Source: Massalongia carnosa
Lineage: Eukaryota
Direction of reading: 5' to 3'
Length of the DNA: 64,000 nt
Assembly (NCBI GenBank): GCA_965645245.1
Contig: OZ287086.1
Span: forward strand, 868,001-932,000
Shown here: positions 12,101-24,013 of the stretch, piece by piece
Layout of the letters: every line of letters starts with the position of its first letter
How positions within the stretch are numbered: position 1 is the stretch's first letter
Notes under the pieces: model-generated
Told to the model about the DNA's origin: nothing
The model's input: the letters and a program-made list of their open reading frames with translations, nothing else
The model's database searches: none
Made by a program: the position numbers and the translations under genes

Positions 12101-13288
12101 CTTTCCACCCGCCCCTCCGGCCGACCTCAGCGATATAGAGGGTTCATTTTACCCCAGCCCGCCACAATATCCAATGATCATAACCTAACTAGAGGTGATG
12201 GAAGCCATTCGCCGACTCAAGCCCGATACGGCCCCGGATCCGGACAGAATAGCCAACTGAATTGTAAAGGTATGCTCAGAAAAGCTAGTCGAATTACTCA
12301 CCCCACTGTTTCAAGCCTGTGTAGAACAAGCATATCATCCTCGTACATTCAAAATCGCCAACACAATTCCGCTCATGAAAACAGAAAAGGATAACTATTC
12401 GGCCCGAACGTCGATCGACCCATAGCACTCCTAAACACGCTTGGAAAAGTAGTAGAGTCCATCAAGTCACAAAAAATAACCCATCTAGCGGAAACCTACC
12501 GACTCCTGCCCGACAACCGGATGGGCGCCAGACGAGAAAGATCAACCGAATCTGCACTAGAATTGTTGACTGAAAGAATTTATACAGTTTGGGGCCAAGG
12601 CACAGACAAATTAGCTACATTATTGAGCATGGAAGTAGCAGGAGCTTATGACACAGTGACACATCGAAGACAGATTCACAATCTTCGCAAAAGGAAAATC
12701 CCAAAATGGATTACTGACTGGGTTAACAGTTTTTTGAATGAAAGAAGCACTACCCTGGCGGTTCACAGCCGAGTCACGGGCATATTCGATGTAAAAACCG
12801 GAATCCTACAAAGCTCTCCCATTTCTCCTAATCTTTATCTGTTCTACAATGCAGACCTACTCAACATATGTGAAAGACCAGGCAGCAACACGAGTACTCT
12901 AGGCTTCGTAGATGACATCAATGTGCTAGTATACGGAAAAAGCACCGAAGAAAATTGCAAGACGCTAGAGGTAATTCACAAAAAATATGCAAAATGGGCA
13001 AGTCGACATGGTTCAGTCTTCGCTCCGAAGAAATACGAATTGATACATCTGTCAAGAAATCCGAAGAAATTCAACATGTTCAATGTTATTCAAATAGGAA
13101 ATAATATCATAAAACCAAAGACAGACATCAGAATTCTAGGACTTCAAATCGATTCAAAATTGAAATGGGGTGCTCACACAGGGAAAATCCAGGAAAAAAT
13201 GGCAAAATAATCCAGGGCATTGACAAAAATATCCACCTCCACATGGGGCGCCACTCTTCTAAAGGCACGCCAGGTTTAAACCGCCGTA
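9143..13288 (+). mobile_element. Tad1-like LINE (ORF1 + ORF2), 3' end deleted
   Basis: ORF1 ~9225-10697 has three Cys/His knuckles (e.g. CGHCAGAH). ORF2 starts at an ATGA overlap at 10694 with APE motifs (LQYN, IAIQEP, LGDFN, TIDLVF, SDHIPI) and RT (GFVDD). Stops and frameshifts are present. Confidence 0.92.
11721..11889 (+). mobile_element. Solo LTR of the TRIM family inside LINE ORF2
   Basis: Matches 5288-5457; flanks AAATC/AAATA. Confidence 0.9.
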
Positions 13289-13470
13289 CTCAGTGTGTAT
13301 GCACCGCGTGGTAGAAGGACGGTCTCGTTGCGTTCAACATGGAACAAGGGAGTGGTTTTACCCTGGGGGCCAGGTTTCCACTTCCTGACTGTTGTTTATG
13401 TACATAAATAGCAGTCACAGCGTCATATCCTTAGGATGCATACGCTTAATGAATTAATAATAATAATAAA
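13289..13470 (+). other. Short unidentified sequence ending in a (TAA)n tail, possibly a SINE/LINE 3' end, at a deletion junction
   Basis: Unrelated to either neighbour; ends GAATTAATAATAATAATAAA. Confidence 0.4.
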
Positions 13471-13515
13471 TTGGTAGGTTGTGGCTCCAGGTAGTGTGGC
13501 TGTGCTGATTTGGCT

Positions 13516-15921
13516 TTAGGTCATCTGCATCTGTTCGACAAAGGTGTGGAACTTTGCGTGCGTTAGGGCCTTCGTCAGGCCGTCGGGGATCATCTCCCCA
13601 GTTGGCACGTAGGTCAACTCGATTCTCTTTGCCTCCACCTCGTCTCGGATGTAATGGTGCTGTATATCGATGTGTTTGGTCCTGGCATGGAATACTGGGT
13701 TGTGTGCCAGAGCAAGAGATCCTTGGTTGTCACCTTTGAGTGAAACAGTGGGGTCTCCGTCGCTGGGCTTGAGGCTGTTGAGGTCTCTGTTGATCGCTTG
13801 TACGCACGAGTTCTTGTTGGAGACCTTGATCTCAGCATGCTGTTGGTCCGCTTCCAACACCCAAAGCTCTGTGAGGAGTAGACGAAGCCAGGTGGCTTCT
13901 TTGGCGGCCAGCGTGAGTGCGATGTATTCCGCTTCTGTGGAAGAGAGAGCAACTTTTAAGTGCCTTTTAGAGCACCAGCTTATCGGTCCCCCGTTCAGCA
14001 TAAAGATGAAACCGGATGTTGACTTCCGGCTGTCCTTGTCACCTGCCCAATCCGAGTCCGAATAGCCTTCGATTTTCAGTTCTTCATCCCCCCCGTAGGT
14101 TATGCCTCGATGTTTCGAGCCCTTGAGGTATTTGAGGATGGTTTTGACTGCTTCGGTGTGCTGATGGCTCGGGATCTTGGCAAAGCGACTTACGAGGGAT
14201 GTGGCGAAGGCAATATCTGGTCTGGTCTCTACCATGGAGAACATTATGGACCCCGTCATTCCTTGGTATCTCTCCTTCTCTGATGGTGAGGCTTCTCCTT
14301 CCTCGCGTTGGGAGAGTGGCACAGATTCTTTCATCGGGGTGTTGACGGGGTTGGCTTTGTCGAGATGGAATCTCTCCAACACTTTTTCGATGTAGGCCGG
14401 TTGAGACAGGTTGATGGTTCGTTGCTTTCGATCCCGATCTATTCTCAGTCCTAGGTAAATGCTGATGGGACCCATATCTGACATAGAGAATGCAGCTGTG
14501 AGTTCTGCTTTGACTCGCTTGATTATCCCACTGTCCTTTGGCGCCATAATCTTGATGTCATCTACGAAGACGCTGAGTACGGGACCTTTCAGCCCTGCAC
14601 CCGATACGAATATACTGTGGTCTGCGTGGATGCGTTTCAAGCCTAGTTTGTCGAGGAGGAAGGCTAAAAAGCGTTCGTACCAGAGGCGGGGAGATTGTTT
14701 GAGGCCGTAGATAGCTTTCAACAGTTTGCAAACCATATTCTTTGTGGCTTCTGTCTCAGTTCCCTTTGGAATCTCCATATATATCAGTTGATCAATGAAG
14801 CCATAGAGAAAAGCCGTTTTTACGTCCATCTGGTCGATGTCCAGGTCGAAGAAGGCGGCAAGGGCGAACAGGGTTCTGAAGGCCATTGGCTTCACCACGG
14901 ATGCGTAGGTTTGATCGAAATCAACACCAAACTGTTGTAGATACCCTTTGATAACCCATCTGGCTTTGAATCTAGATACCTTGCCTTCGACATCACGCTT
15001 GACCTTGTACACCCACTTCCCCCCCAGAGGTCGATGACCTGACTCCATCTCTTTCTTTGGTATGAGAACCCAGGTCTTGTTTTCGTGTAGAGAGTCTATT
15101 TCTTCTTTCATTGCCTGTGCCCACTGCGAGGCGTGGGGGCATTGCATTGCCCTGTTGTATGACTCAGGTTCTTCGACATCTAATTGGGTGGCAAGGACGT
15201 AGTCTCCTTTACTTTGGGCGTTGGCCTGAATGAGCCTCGAAGTCAAGATTGTGTATGAGTCGTCGTCTGCATCATGGCCGTCCTCCTCGCATTCGATGTT
15301 TGTCAGGAACGCGTTTGCTTTTTCCTCCGAGTTGTGTTCCCAGTCAAGGTCTAGCAGCTTGCTGAGATGTACTATCAGATCTTGATCTTGAGCCTTTTGT
15401 GTAGGCCTTATCGTTCGGCCAGACCGAGACTTCCTTGTCTCCGTAGTTTCATTTGACGCTCCAGTAGTTTCATCTCTAGTAGTGACCTTTCGGCCCTTCC
15501 TAGGGGTTACTTTGCTGGGAGTTGACTCGCTGGCACCTGTTGCATTGTTGACCTTTCGGCCTACATCCAACATCTGTGTGTTGCTCATCGCCTCGTCATC
15601 GTCATCGGAGAGTAAGAAACCTGAGAAGGTGGGAGTGTTTTTGTATTCAGGAAGCTCGGTGGACGGCTTGGCCTCGTAGTCTTCAAAGATTCTGAGATCT
15701 TTGATGCGAATGACTTTGCTCTGTTCTCGAATGTGGACTCTGTAGATTGTATGACCATCGTATCCAACAAGAATACCGCGTAAGGCTCGTGGGTTCCACT
15801 TCTCAGACTTTAAGGCTCGTTCCTCTTCGTGTAGGAGAATGTACACTGTCGAGCCTAACACTCGGAGGTGTTGGATATCTGGGTGGATTTTCTGCTGTGC
15901 ATGGTATAGGGTTGTCTCCAC
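13516..15921 (-). pseudogene. Copia pol fragment: integrase C-terminus, RT, RNase H (801-aa ORF)
   Basis: KARWVIKGYLQ, QMDVKTAFL, LKQSPRLW, VFVDD, YSDSDWAG, SSTEAEY and TKHIDIQHH motifs; frameshifted from the upstream integrase. Confidence 0.93.
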
Positions 15922-17414
15922 CTAAAGCCTTCGTGGGGCGAACGTTTTTGACGTACGTCATCGCAAGAACAATTTCAGGCCACAGCTCGTCATCAAGGCT
16001 TCCATCTAGAATTGTCGCTCTTGTCATATCCATAATGGTTCTTCCCATTCGTTCTAACACGCCGTTTTATTCCTGAGAGTACGGTGCTGAGGGTTCAAAA
16101 GTGATGCACTTCTTCGCAAACCATTCCTCTACCCTTTTGCTCTGCAGTTCTGATCCATAATCTGAACGTAGGCGTTCGACTGGTCTCTCCTTGTGTGACC
16201 TGGTTTTGCAGAGGTTGTAGAAGGTCTTGAGACATTTGAACCAATCGCTTTTCCGGGCACTAGTGTACACTTCGGTATATCGCGTGAAGTCATCCGTAAA
16301 TGTGAAGAAGTATCTCTCCCCTCCAAAACCAACAGGGTTGATGGGACCTACTAGGTCTGTGTGTATAAACTGGTACGCCTCGCTTGCTCGTTTCTGAGGC
16401 TCGTGGCGGTTGTAGATTTTTGTGGCTTTCGCACGTTGGCAGCTGTCACACACGTACTTTTCTGAGTCGTCCACGTAGTCGATCTCCAGTTTGTGGAGAT
16501 TTTGCTTCAGTGAGGGGAAGTTGAGGTGGCCGAGTCGTTTGTGGAGGTTTTTCTTCAGTGAGGGGAAGTTGAGGTGGCCGAGTCGTTTGTGCCAGGTGGT
16601 GAGAGGTAGTTTTGATGAGGTGGTGGTCCTGTAGGCGTGTGGTGGCCACTCGTACGTGTTGTCGTCGATCCGCTTTAGATGAGTTGCAGAGACAGAGAGG
16701 TTGAGAGGGTGAACAGGAAGCTGGTTCTCCACCTTTCGGCGTAAGCCAGGGTTTCCTTTGTTCTTCTATCATAGAGTGTCTCGTTCTCATTTTCATAGAA
16801 AATTCCATGAATGTTAAGAAGGCCGAGGCTGACAAGAGTATAAGGACTGTGGGGAAGGAAAAATGTGGGGAAGGAAAAACACGTTGTTCAGATTCAGGAT
16901 CACTCCTTCGCGACCATCTTTCAGGCTGAGGCGAAGGCGCACCTTTCCACGGCCTGGTGAAACCCCATCTGCAGTTGAGCCTCCGATCCGGGTAGGCTTT
17001 TCGTGGTACTCAGTCATCAAGCTTCGATCATTGCACACGTGCACGTCCGCCGCGCTGTCAACTAGCCAGGAAGCGTCTCTCGGCCCTTTGACCGCTAGCA
17101 CCTTTGGTTGTCAACTTTCGCGGGACGGGGTCTCGGAAGGGCTCTCTGTCTGGCTTTGGAGGTTTTGCCTAGAGCCTTTTGTTCTCATCTGGTGCAGCGA
17201 GTGTTTTGGCCGAAGTTCGGGGTATCTCAGGAAACAACGGTCTGTGTAGTGCTGTGTATTTCCCTTCTTGATGCAATCTGGGTTTGTGCAGGTCCCCGGG
17301 GGTGCTCGATTACTAAGCTTTGGTGGTTTGGAGGTGAAGAGTGCCGATTGTTTGGGTGTGCCGGATTGTCCTGGAGTTTGGTCGTTCTCTTTCCTGATTT
17401 CTGCAAACCGGATA

Positions 17415-19734
17415 ATCGTGCCATACCACCAGTAATCGTTTTCGCTTACTAGTGTGACGGTTCGACCAGGATGTGGAATTGACTATCTACTGGGAAGCTA
17501 TGCAATAGAAAATATCAAAGATGCAGAAAGGAAACAAGCAAAAGGTGCTCTCTCTAGGAGTCTATATAGATAATCGCTTTGCCCGATCCAGCTGTTTGCA
17601 TCTCCATCAATAAGTGAACAGTTTGGTCAAACAGTCTTTCTGCCCTTTGTCCCTTTCATCCATTTGTGTTTGCTTTAGAAGGTCGTTCCGATGCGTCCCT
17701 TTCAGTCCTTTCAGACCTCCGTTGATTGCCCCTATGATTGCTAAAAGGGTTGAGTAACGGAAGCGGTTAGTGCGCCGGCAGATGCCGTACTTTCCTTTGA
17801 TTGGCCTTGGGTGGATGTGGTTGAATCGTGACAACTAGTGCCCAACGGCTCAAAGTCCAAAACGGTTCAAAGACCAAATTAACTAGCATGTTCAATTTGA
17901 CTACGAAAAACCTTCCACCATTTGGTCCTTTCAACCTCCCATTTTACGTGCTCGGAGGAAGATATTGGCCTCACGACACAGTCCTTTCCAGAGCTTCTTT
18001 TCGGCGTTGTCGATGACCTGTTGCTTTTTCAATGCAGCCGCTTTAGCTCAGTCCAAGACCTTCTGTGCCTTTTCCACCTCATCTTCATGTCGTTTGGTGA
18101 CTTTAGCACGTACATCTCGAACGGTGATGACCCCACCTGACTGAGCAACAGTTCCAGCAAGCTTTTTACGCGCTACCTTAGCAATTGAGGCTCTGACTGA
18201 GGTCAATAAGTCTCTTTCAGCCAATTGCTGAGCATGAGCGCTAGCCATAGCACCTTTGAAAAAGCGATCGACATGCAACCTATAATTTCCGTCGATAGCA
18301 TCATTTGTCTGCATGCTTCTTTGAAGTTTAGTGCCAAAGATGATGACCTCAGTGGAAGTGCGAGGTGTTCTGGCCAATAATGGGGCCAATGGTGGGGGTG
18401 GAGGGGTAGTCGGCCTTTGACGACTTTGCGCCTCGATTTTCGAGATGACCACTTTCGGATTATAAGGCACTAGTCCTGTGTTTCTGAATGCAGCTAAAAT
18501 CGTCGAGTGAATGTTTGGAGGCGCATATCCTGAAAAATCGACAAAAAGTCGATCTTGTTGAACTCCCCTCCACGAATAGCCTCATCAATGGCCTCAGCAT
18601 GATAGTGTTTAAAAGGCTGCAACCATCCAACGTCCAGTGGTTGGGTCAAATGAGTGGAATGAGCAGGTAATCTGAACAATTCGATGTGCTTGCTCTGTGC
18701 ATACTCGAAAAATTCATACGTCATATGAGATCCATATCCGTCCAAAATCAACAACCTCCATGCACCAATTTGCCCTTTTGCACTATGTTTATCAAAATGT
18801 TTCAACCAATCAGTAGCGAGATCATTATTCGAATAACCAGTTGAACTGACGACGAAAAGAATGTCATCATCCAAATCATTGTCCAGGGCCCATTTCTTTT
18901 TGATTTGTACGCCAGGAAGTATGATCATGGGGGGAATATCCCTTCCTCCACCACTACTACTCTCCACCGAGGTAATGTAGTCTCTGTTGTCTGGATCCTT
19001 CATCAAAAGAGGCTTATGAGAACGAGTCGAAATTACCCAATGAGCTTTTCCACAGCCAATTCGAAAGCCCGTTTCATCCATGTTCCAGGTGTCCTCGTCA
19101 GCGATTCCCCTCAATTCTCGAATGACCTTGTACTGCTCAAAATGCTTTATCATACTCTCCGAATCGTGTGAATGTTTACGCTCAACAGCGAGGGGTTTTT
19201 GTTTACGTTTGAAGTACTCCGGATGACCTTTTAAAAATCGTCTGGTCCACATGGCGCTTACGGTAGGAAGTGGAGTGTCGGTTTGATCACGATCAATTTT
19301 TCCAACTAATGCTCGACCGAGCAGGTAATTAGCAGCTCCACGAACCATCGAGAGCTTAGCTGATTGTTCCATATGATCCAATCGCTCAATATAAGCACAA
19401 ATAGCTCATTCTTGTGCATCTGTAAGTGCTTTGTTGCTTGGTGAACGAGTTGATTTCGAAGCCCCTCCATTGAGCCTTCGACGAAGTGTCCTCGAATCGA
19501 CGTGAAATTTTCGAGCGACAGCGCTGGCACTAGAATAATCACCACTGTTATACGCGCTGATGGCCTCATCTAGACGATTTTCAGAGTCCCAGAACGAATC
19601 AGACATGGTGGTGTGGAGTAGGCACGCGTTTGGTGAAGGATGGAATAAATGGTTAATTTGGTTTTTGAACCGTTTTGAACTTTGAGCCGTTGGGCACTAG
19701 TAAGCGAAAACGATTACGGGTGGTGTGGCACGAT
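17415..19734 (-). mobile_element. pogo/Fot1-like DNA transposon (frameshifted transposase ~19606-17920)
   Basis: TA on both sides, ~80-bp TIRs starting ATCGTGCCA, an N-terminal HTH and NMDETGF, ILDGYGSH, QPLDVG motifs. Confidence 0.93.
17453..17833. mobile_element. Solo LTR (381 bp) inside the left pogo TIR
   Basis: TGTGAC...GTGACA ends with perfect TSD ACTAG; the TIR resumes after it. Confidence 0.9.
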
Positions 19735-20463
19735 TAAGCTTTTTAGTGCTCTCGGCGATGTTTGTGTTCCCCATTTTCCACTCTGTCTCCATCATGGAGA
19801 CGATCCCCGAGTATTCGTTTCCCATTCCAGTGAGCAGTCCTGCCTGCAGGAGTACCTCGGCTCCTTTTGCGGGGATCTCGGAATCAGTGGGAATGATGCC
19901 GCACACAGTGTCGTAGGCCTCTTGGTATTTGCTGCAATATTCGTGAATGTCTGTGCAGTCCGATATTCATAATTTGGTGGTCTCCAGGATGAGTCGCGAG
20001 ATGCTCATTGGAGAGATGTGCTGAAATTTCGTTTGTAGGGTTTCCCACATTTCCTTGGCTTCTTTGCCCTCGATAGCTGCTTGGTGTTTGGAGGCTACCG
20101 AGTTTTTGATGATGCCCTCCGCTTTGCTCAGGGAGGCTCGGTGCTCTTTAATTTCGGTGGAGAGGGCAGTCCAGAGTGCTTGGGCCGTCATTTCGGTGGG
20201 TTTGAAGCCCATGGCTATGATGTCCGATCTGACGGACTCCTTCGTTGGCTCTGGCTTTCCGGTGACTGCCCAGGCGCAGTTCTTCTGCTTGAGCTCTCCC
20301 AGAATGTAGGATCGCCATAATGTATAGTTCTCGGAGCCTTGGAGAATGATGCGGGGAGCCTTCTCCTGCTCTTCTCGTCGGTCTGACATTTTGTGGTTTT
20401 TTGGGCGAAGAGTTCTCAACGCCTTTGGGTTGTAGGAAGGTGGGTTGCCATGTAGCTGTTGTG

Positions 20464-20875
20464 GTATGCGAGCGTCTTCGCTTCGTAACCTTTGGTATAT
20501 GAGCAAGTTCTCCGCCTCGTAGCCTTCGGTATGTGAGCGTTCTGCTTCGTATGAGCGTCTTCGCCTCGTAGCCGTCTGGTATGTGAGCGTCTTCGCTTCG
20601 TAACCTTTGGTATATGAGCAAGTTCTCCGCCTCGTAGCCTTCGGTATGTGAGCGTTCTGCTTCGTATGAGCGTCTTCGCCTCGTAGCCGTCTGGTATGTG
20701 AGCGTTTTCGCTTCGTAACCTTTGGTATATGAGCGAGTTCTCCGCCTCGTAGCCTTCGGTATGTGAGCGTTCTGCTTCGTATGAGCGTCTTCGCCTCGTA
20801 GCCGTCTGGTATGTGAGCGTTTGCCTCGTAGCCTTTGGTATATGAGCGTTCTACTTCGTATCCTTTCAGTATGTG
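20464..20875. repeat. 115-bp higher-order tandem array (~3.5 copies, built from shorter subunits) in copia 5' UTR
   Basis: GAGCGTCTTCGCTTCGTAACC recurs at 20470, 20585 and 20700. Confidence 0.9.
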
Positions 20876-21238
20876 GGCGGAGCACTCTTCCTATCTATTG
20901 TGGTAGGTGGTCAGGCGCATTGGCATGATTCCACACCGCCATTTCAGACTTGGCTCCTTTTGGTAGCCAAGTGGTCTTAACCCTCCTGCCTCACACCATT
21001 CCTCCTTTTCGGGTAGGAAGTTCTTCGTTCTAGGTGCTTTGCTCTGGGGGTTGTGGGGTATTTGTGGCCTGTCGCTAGCGAAGATTAATGAGCTTATGCG
21101 CTGGCCGGGCTCATAACCTGTAGAAGTATGAGGTTATTCATTTTGTTATATTAATGATTCTATGACTCTACTTCTAATCGTCGGCTCGCTTACCTCCGGG
21201 ATCCGACTTGAAAAAATGTCGACCGCATTTTAGTCGGG

Positions 21239-21436
21239 GAAAGCGGTTGCATCCCGGAAAGCGGTTGCATCCCGGAAAGCGGTTGCATCCCGGAAAGCGG
21301 TTGCATCCCGGAAAGCGGTTGCATCCCGGAAAGCGGTTGCATCCCGGAAAGCGGTTGCATCCCGGAAAGCGGTTGCATCCCGGAAAGCGGTTGCATCCCG
21401 GAAAGCGGTTGCATCCCGGAAAGCGGTTGCATCCCC
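21239..21436. repeat. 18-bp perfect tandem repeat x11 within the left TIR
   Basis: GAAAGCGGTTGCATCCCG x11; only 2 copies in the right TIR. Confidence 0.97.
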
Positions 21437-21629
21437 CCAAATTCAAATTTCTTCATCTTTTTGATCATTGACCAACAACCACATTGATTAAAAATCAGCC
21501 GATACCGTACATAGCTTGAAAATCATCGCCGTCATCATCACCGTCGTCAAAATCATTTCCCTTGACTCCCCTGACCCCCTGACCCTCGTGATTCTCCGCT
21601 TACTCCGCATACCCCGCATACCCCGCATT

Positions 21630-23642
21630 CTAACAATCATTCGCATCTCCTGGTTGAAAAGATGCTTCCGAATCGAATTCTTTCAATGATTCTTCCAAAT
21701 CGAAAGATACGAAATCATCTCGTAGCCATGTTTCTCCTTCTGGAAGATCTGGAAGGATTGAATTATCTCCATGACCAGTGCTATCTACGATAAACGTGAC
21801 ATCTTCCTCATTGACATTGGCACGCGGATTCTTTCTAATTTCCTTCTTCGCTTCCTCAGCTATCCATACCTCATTCGTGGCCTTCCATAATGCCTCGGGG
21901 TCAAGAATCTTCTCACACATCTTAATTGGAATGGGACCGAGCATTTTCTGCATTTCTTTCAGCTGTTTAACTCGATCTCTTTCTGCTTTTCGAGCAGCCA
22001 ATCCCTTGACATGCATTTCGTCTCTTTCTATTCGCCATAGCTTCATGAAGCTATTATTCGCTCGTTTCTCCTCAGCCTCTTGATCCTGTTCTAGTCTGAT
22101 GGCTATAGCCTGCTTTGCATCTTCCGCTGTGATTCCCAATCTTCCGGTTTCTGGTCTCAGACGTTTACGAGACATTCGACTGTTATTTAACTGACTTCTT
22201 CTTGATTCTCGATGCATTTCCAGCTCCATGCCATCGATAATCGTATTCGAAACAACTTCATTTGTATTGTCTACAAATAAGTCCCATTCCTCAGCCCGAG
22301 CGGGATCACTCCATTGCATGGAATTTCCGATATTCGGTCTCCATTGACTCAAACTATACTCAATGTCAGCTACTTTTGTCTGTTGGATTTGACGAGGTGG
22401 GGGTAGAGGTAATGAGGGCTCATTATTCGTATTCAGACTGTTTAATGAATCATTGGGATCATTGGGATTGAAATTTTTCAGCTGACGAATGCATGCCTTT
22501 GGATCAATCGGCCACATTCCCGACTTTTCAAATGCATGCCGAATCGTAGAAGTCTTGAATGTATGATTTCTGATTTTGGTCAAGTCCTGTATAAATTGAG
22601 ACAGAGAATACTCGACAAATGACGACGCAACGACTTCCTCAATAGCTTTGCAATGCCAATGCTTATAAGGCTGAAATACGCCCACATCCAATGGTTGCAT
22701 GCAATGAGTTAAATGCGGTATAAAGGGAAAGGGTCGAATGCGATTCTCATTGGCCAAAAGTGAAAATTCAGGGGTTGTATGACTGCCATGATTATCTATC
22801 AGCAATAATTGCCATTCCGCATCAGGTCCTGCATTTGTATGTTTGATAAGATGCTTCAAATATTCAATTGCTATCTTATCAGATGTAAAACCACTGTTCG
22901 AGGGCACGACATACGTGCCCTCGGGCACACCTTCTAAAAACCATGTGGCCATGATGTCATGACCCTGTACGATGATCATTGGAGGGGGGGGATAGTCGCC
23001 GGCAGCATTGATAGTCTCAATAACTGTCGCAGATCTGCGATTTTCCGGGCTGACGGCGTAGAATTGTTTGATTTCCTCAGGAACAATGATTTCCTGACCC
23101 CTCATGCATCCAACCCGAAAACCAGCTTTATCAAAGTTCAAAACGTTCCGACTTTTTCGAATTTTCAACTCTTTCAACACCTCTCTATACCTTTCAAACC
23201 ATTCTATCACATCTGATTCTTGGGCAGCTTCATAACGAATCATTGCTAGTGGTTTTGTCTTTATTTTATGAAGTTTGTTACATTTCCACCAGCTCCGAAA
23301 CCATCTTCTTGACGGGCCTACCTCGAGGGGATTATGGGCCTTTTTCAGACTTACAATAGCCTTGAAAACCATCTGATGTGTAGGAAGAATTCCATGCATC
23401 AATAAGGACTTAATAAAGCCAGTAATTGACCTTGCCTCATGCTCCCTCAGTATCTGATTTTGTCCTCCATTTTTCCTCCCTTCTGGTCGACGAATGGAAG
23501 ACGTCAAAGTTTTGACGTTGATATTGTAGATTCTAGCTGCAGTCGTTTTACTTTCTTTGGGATGATTTGTCAGAAATTCCTTCGCCTTTTCCAATCTTTC
23601 CATGGGGTTGAGAGTGGAGACAAGGGAGGCGTCGTTATCCAT
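21630..23642 (-). CDS. pogo/Fot1-family DDE transposase (670 aa, uninterrupted)
   Basis: N-terminal HTH-like region, NFDKAGF, LIDNHGSH and QPLDVGVFQPYK motifs. Confidence 0.92.
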   Translation of the reverse strand: MDNDASLVSTLNPMERLEKAKEFLTNHPKESKTTAARIYNINVKTLTSSIRRPEGRKNGGQNQILREHEARSITGFIKSLLMHGILPTHQMVFKAIVSLKKAHNPLEVGPSRRWFRSWWKCNKLHKIKTKPLAMIRYEAAQESDVIEWFERYREVLKELKIRKSRNVLNFDKAGFRVGCMRGQEIIVPEEIKQFYAVSPENRRSATVIETINAAGDYPPPPMIIVQGHDIMATWFLEGVPEGTYVVPSNSGFTSDKIAIEYLKHLIKHTNAGPDAEWQLLLIDNHGSHTTPEFSLLANENRIRPFPFIPHLTHCMQPLDVGVFQPYKHWHCKAIEEVVASSFVEYSLSQFIQDLTKIRNHTFKTSTIRHAFEKSGMWPIDPKACIRQLKNFNPNDPNDSLNSLNTNNEPSLPLPPPRQIQQTKVADIEYSLSQWRPNIGNSMQWSDPARAEEWDLFVDNTNEVVSNTIIDGMELEMHRESRRSQLNNSRMSRKRLRPETGRLGITAEDAKQAIAIRLEQDQEAEEKRANNSFMKLWRIERDEMHVKGLAARKAERDRVKQLKEMQKMLGPIPIKMCEKILDPEALWKATNEVWIAEEAKKEIRKNPRANVNEEDVTFIVDSTGHGDNSILPDLPEGETWLRDDFVSFDLEESLKEFDSEASFQPGDANDC

Positions 23643-24013
23643 GATACGAAAGGGGAGATTGGTTTGGGGGATTGATTCGAGAGGAAAGAATTTGAATTGA
23701 TGATCAGTTGGGTCGGAGAAATAATTTTCAAGCTATGTACGGTATCGGCTGATTTTTAATCAATGTGGTTGTTGGTCAATAATCAAAAAGGTGAAGAAAT
23801 TTGAATTTGGGGGGATGCAACCGCTTTCCGGGATGCAACCGCTTTCCCCGACTAAAATGCGGTCGACATTTTTTCAAGTCGGATCCCGGAGGTAAGCGAG
23901 CCGACGATTAAAGTCTAAAATCATCCTAGTCCAGGATGCGTGCCGCATACCGGAATAGGTCTACTATTACACGTGATCATAATAATGTCTAGCGCCATAG
24001 GTTGGTATCCAAC

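Larger units (their letters stand above)
21177..23908 (-). mobile_element. pogo/Fot1-like DNA transposon, apparently complete, inserted in the copia 5' LTR
   Basis: TA on both sides; long TIRs at 21177-21523 and 23724-23908 starting ATCGTCGGCTCGCTTACC. Confidence 0.95.
13471..24013 (-). mobile_element. Ty1/copia retrotransposon lacking its 3' LTR, hosting two pogo/Fot1 insertions
   Basis: 5' LTR 21119-21176 plus 23911-24013 (TG...CA) and PBS GGTTATGAGCCC at 21107-21118. Gag starts at 20388, followed by protease WLVDSAADVHVC, integrase (HTDLVGP, LRSDYGSE), then RT/RNase H. Confidence 0.92.

Noticed and set aside
13212..13288. LINE 9143-13288 and LINE 35481-36704 as two halves of one insertion
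   Set aside because: They overlap by ~77 bp with mismatches, and the second lies within its own TSD; they are separate copies of one subfamily.
21174..21471. Repeat-protein ORFs (GCNRFP/GKRLHP; also 20148-20885, 26778-27157, 51147-52394)
   Set aside because: They are translations of DNA tandem repeats in TIRs, UTRs or minisatellites.
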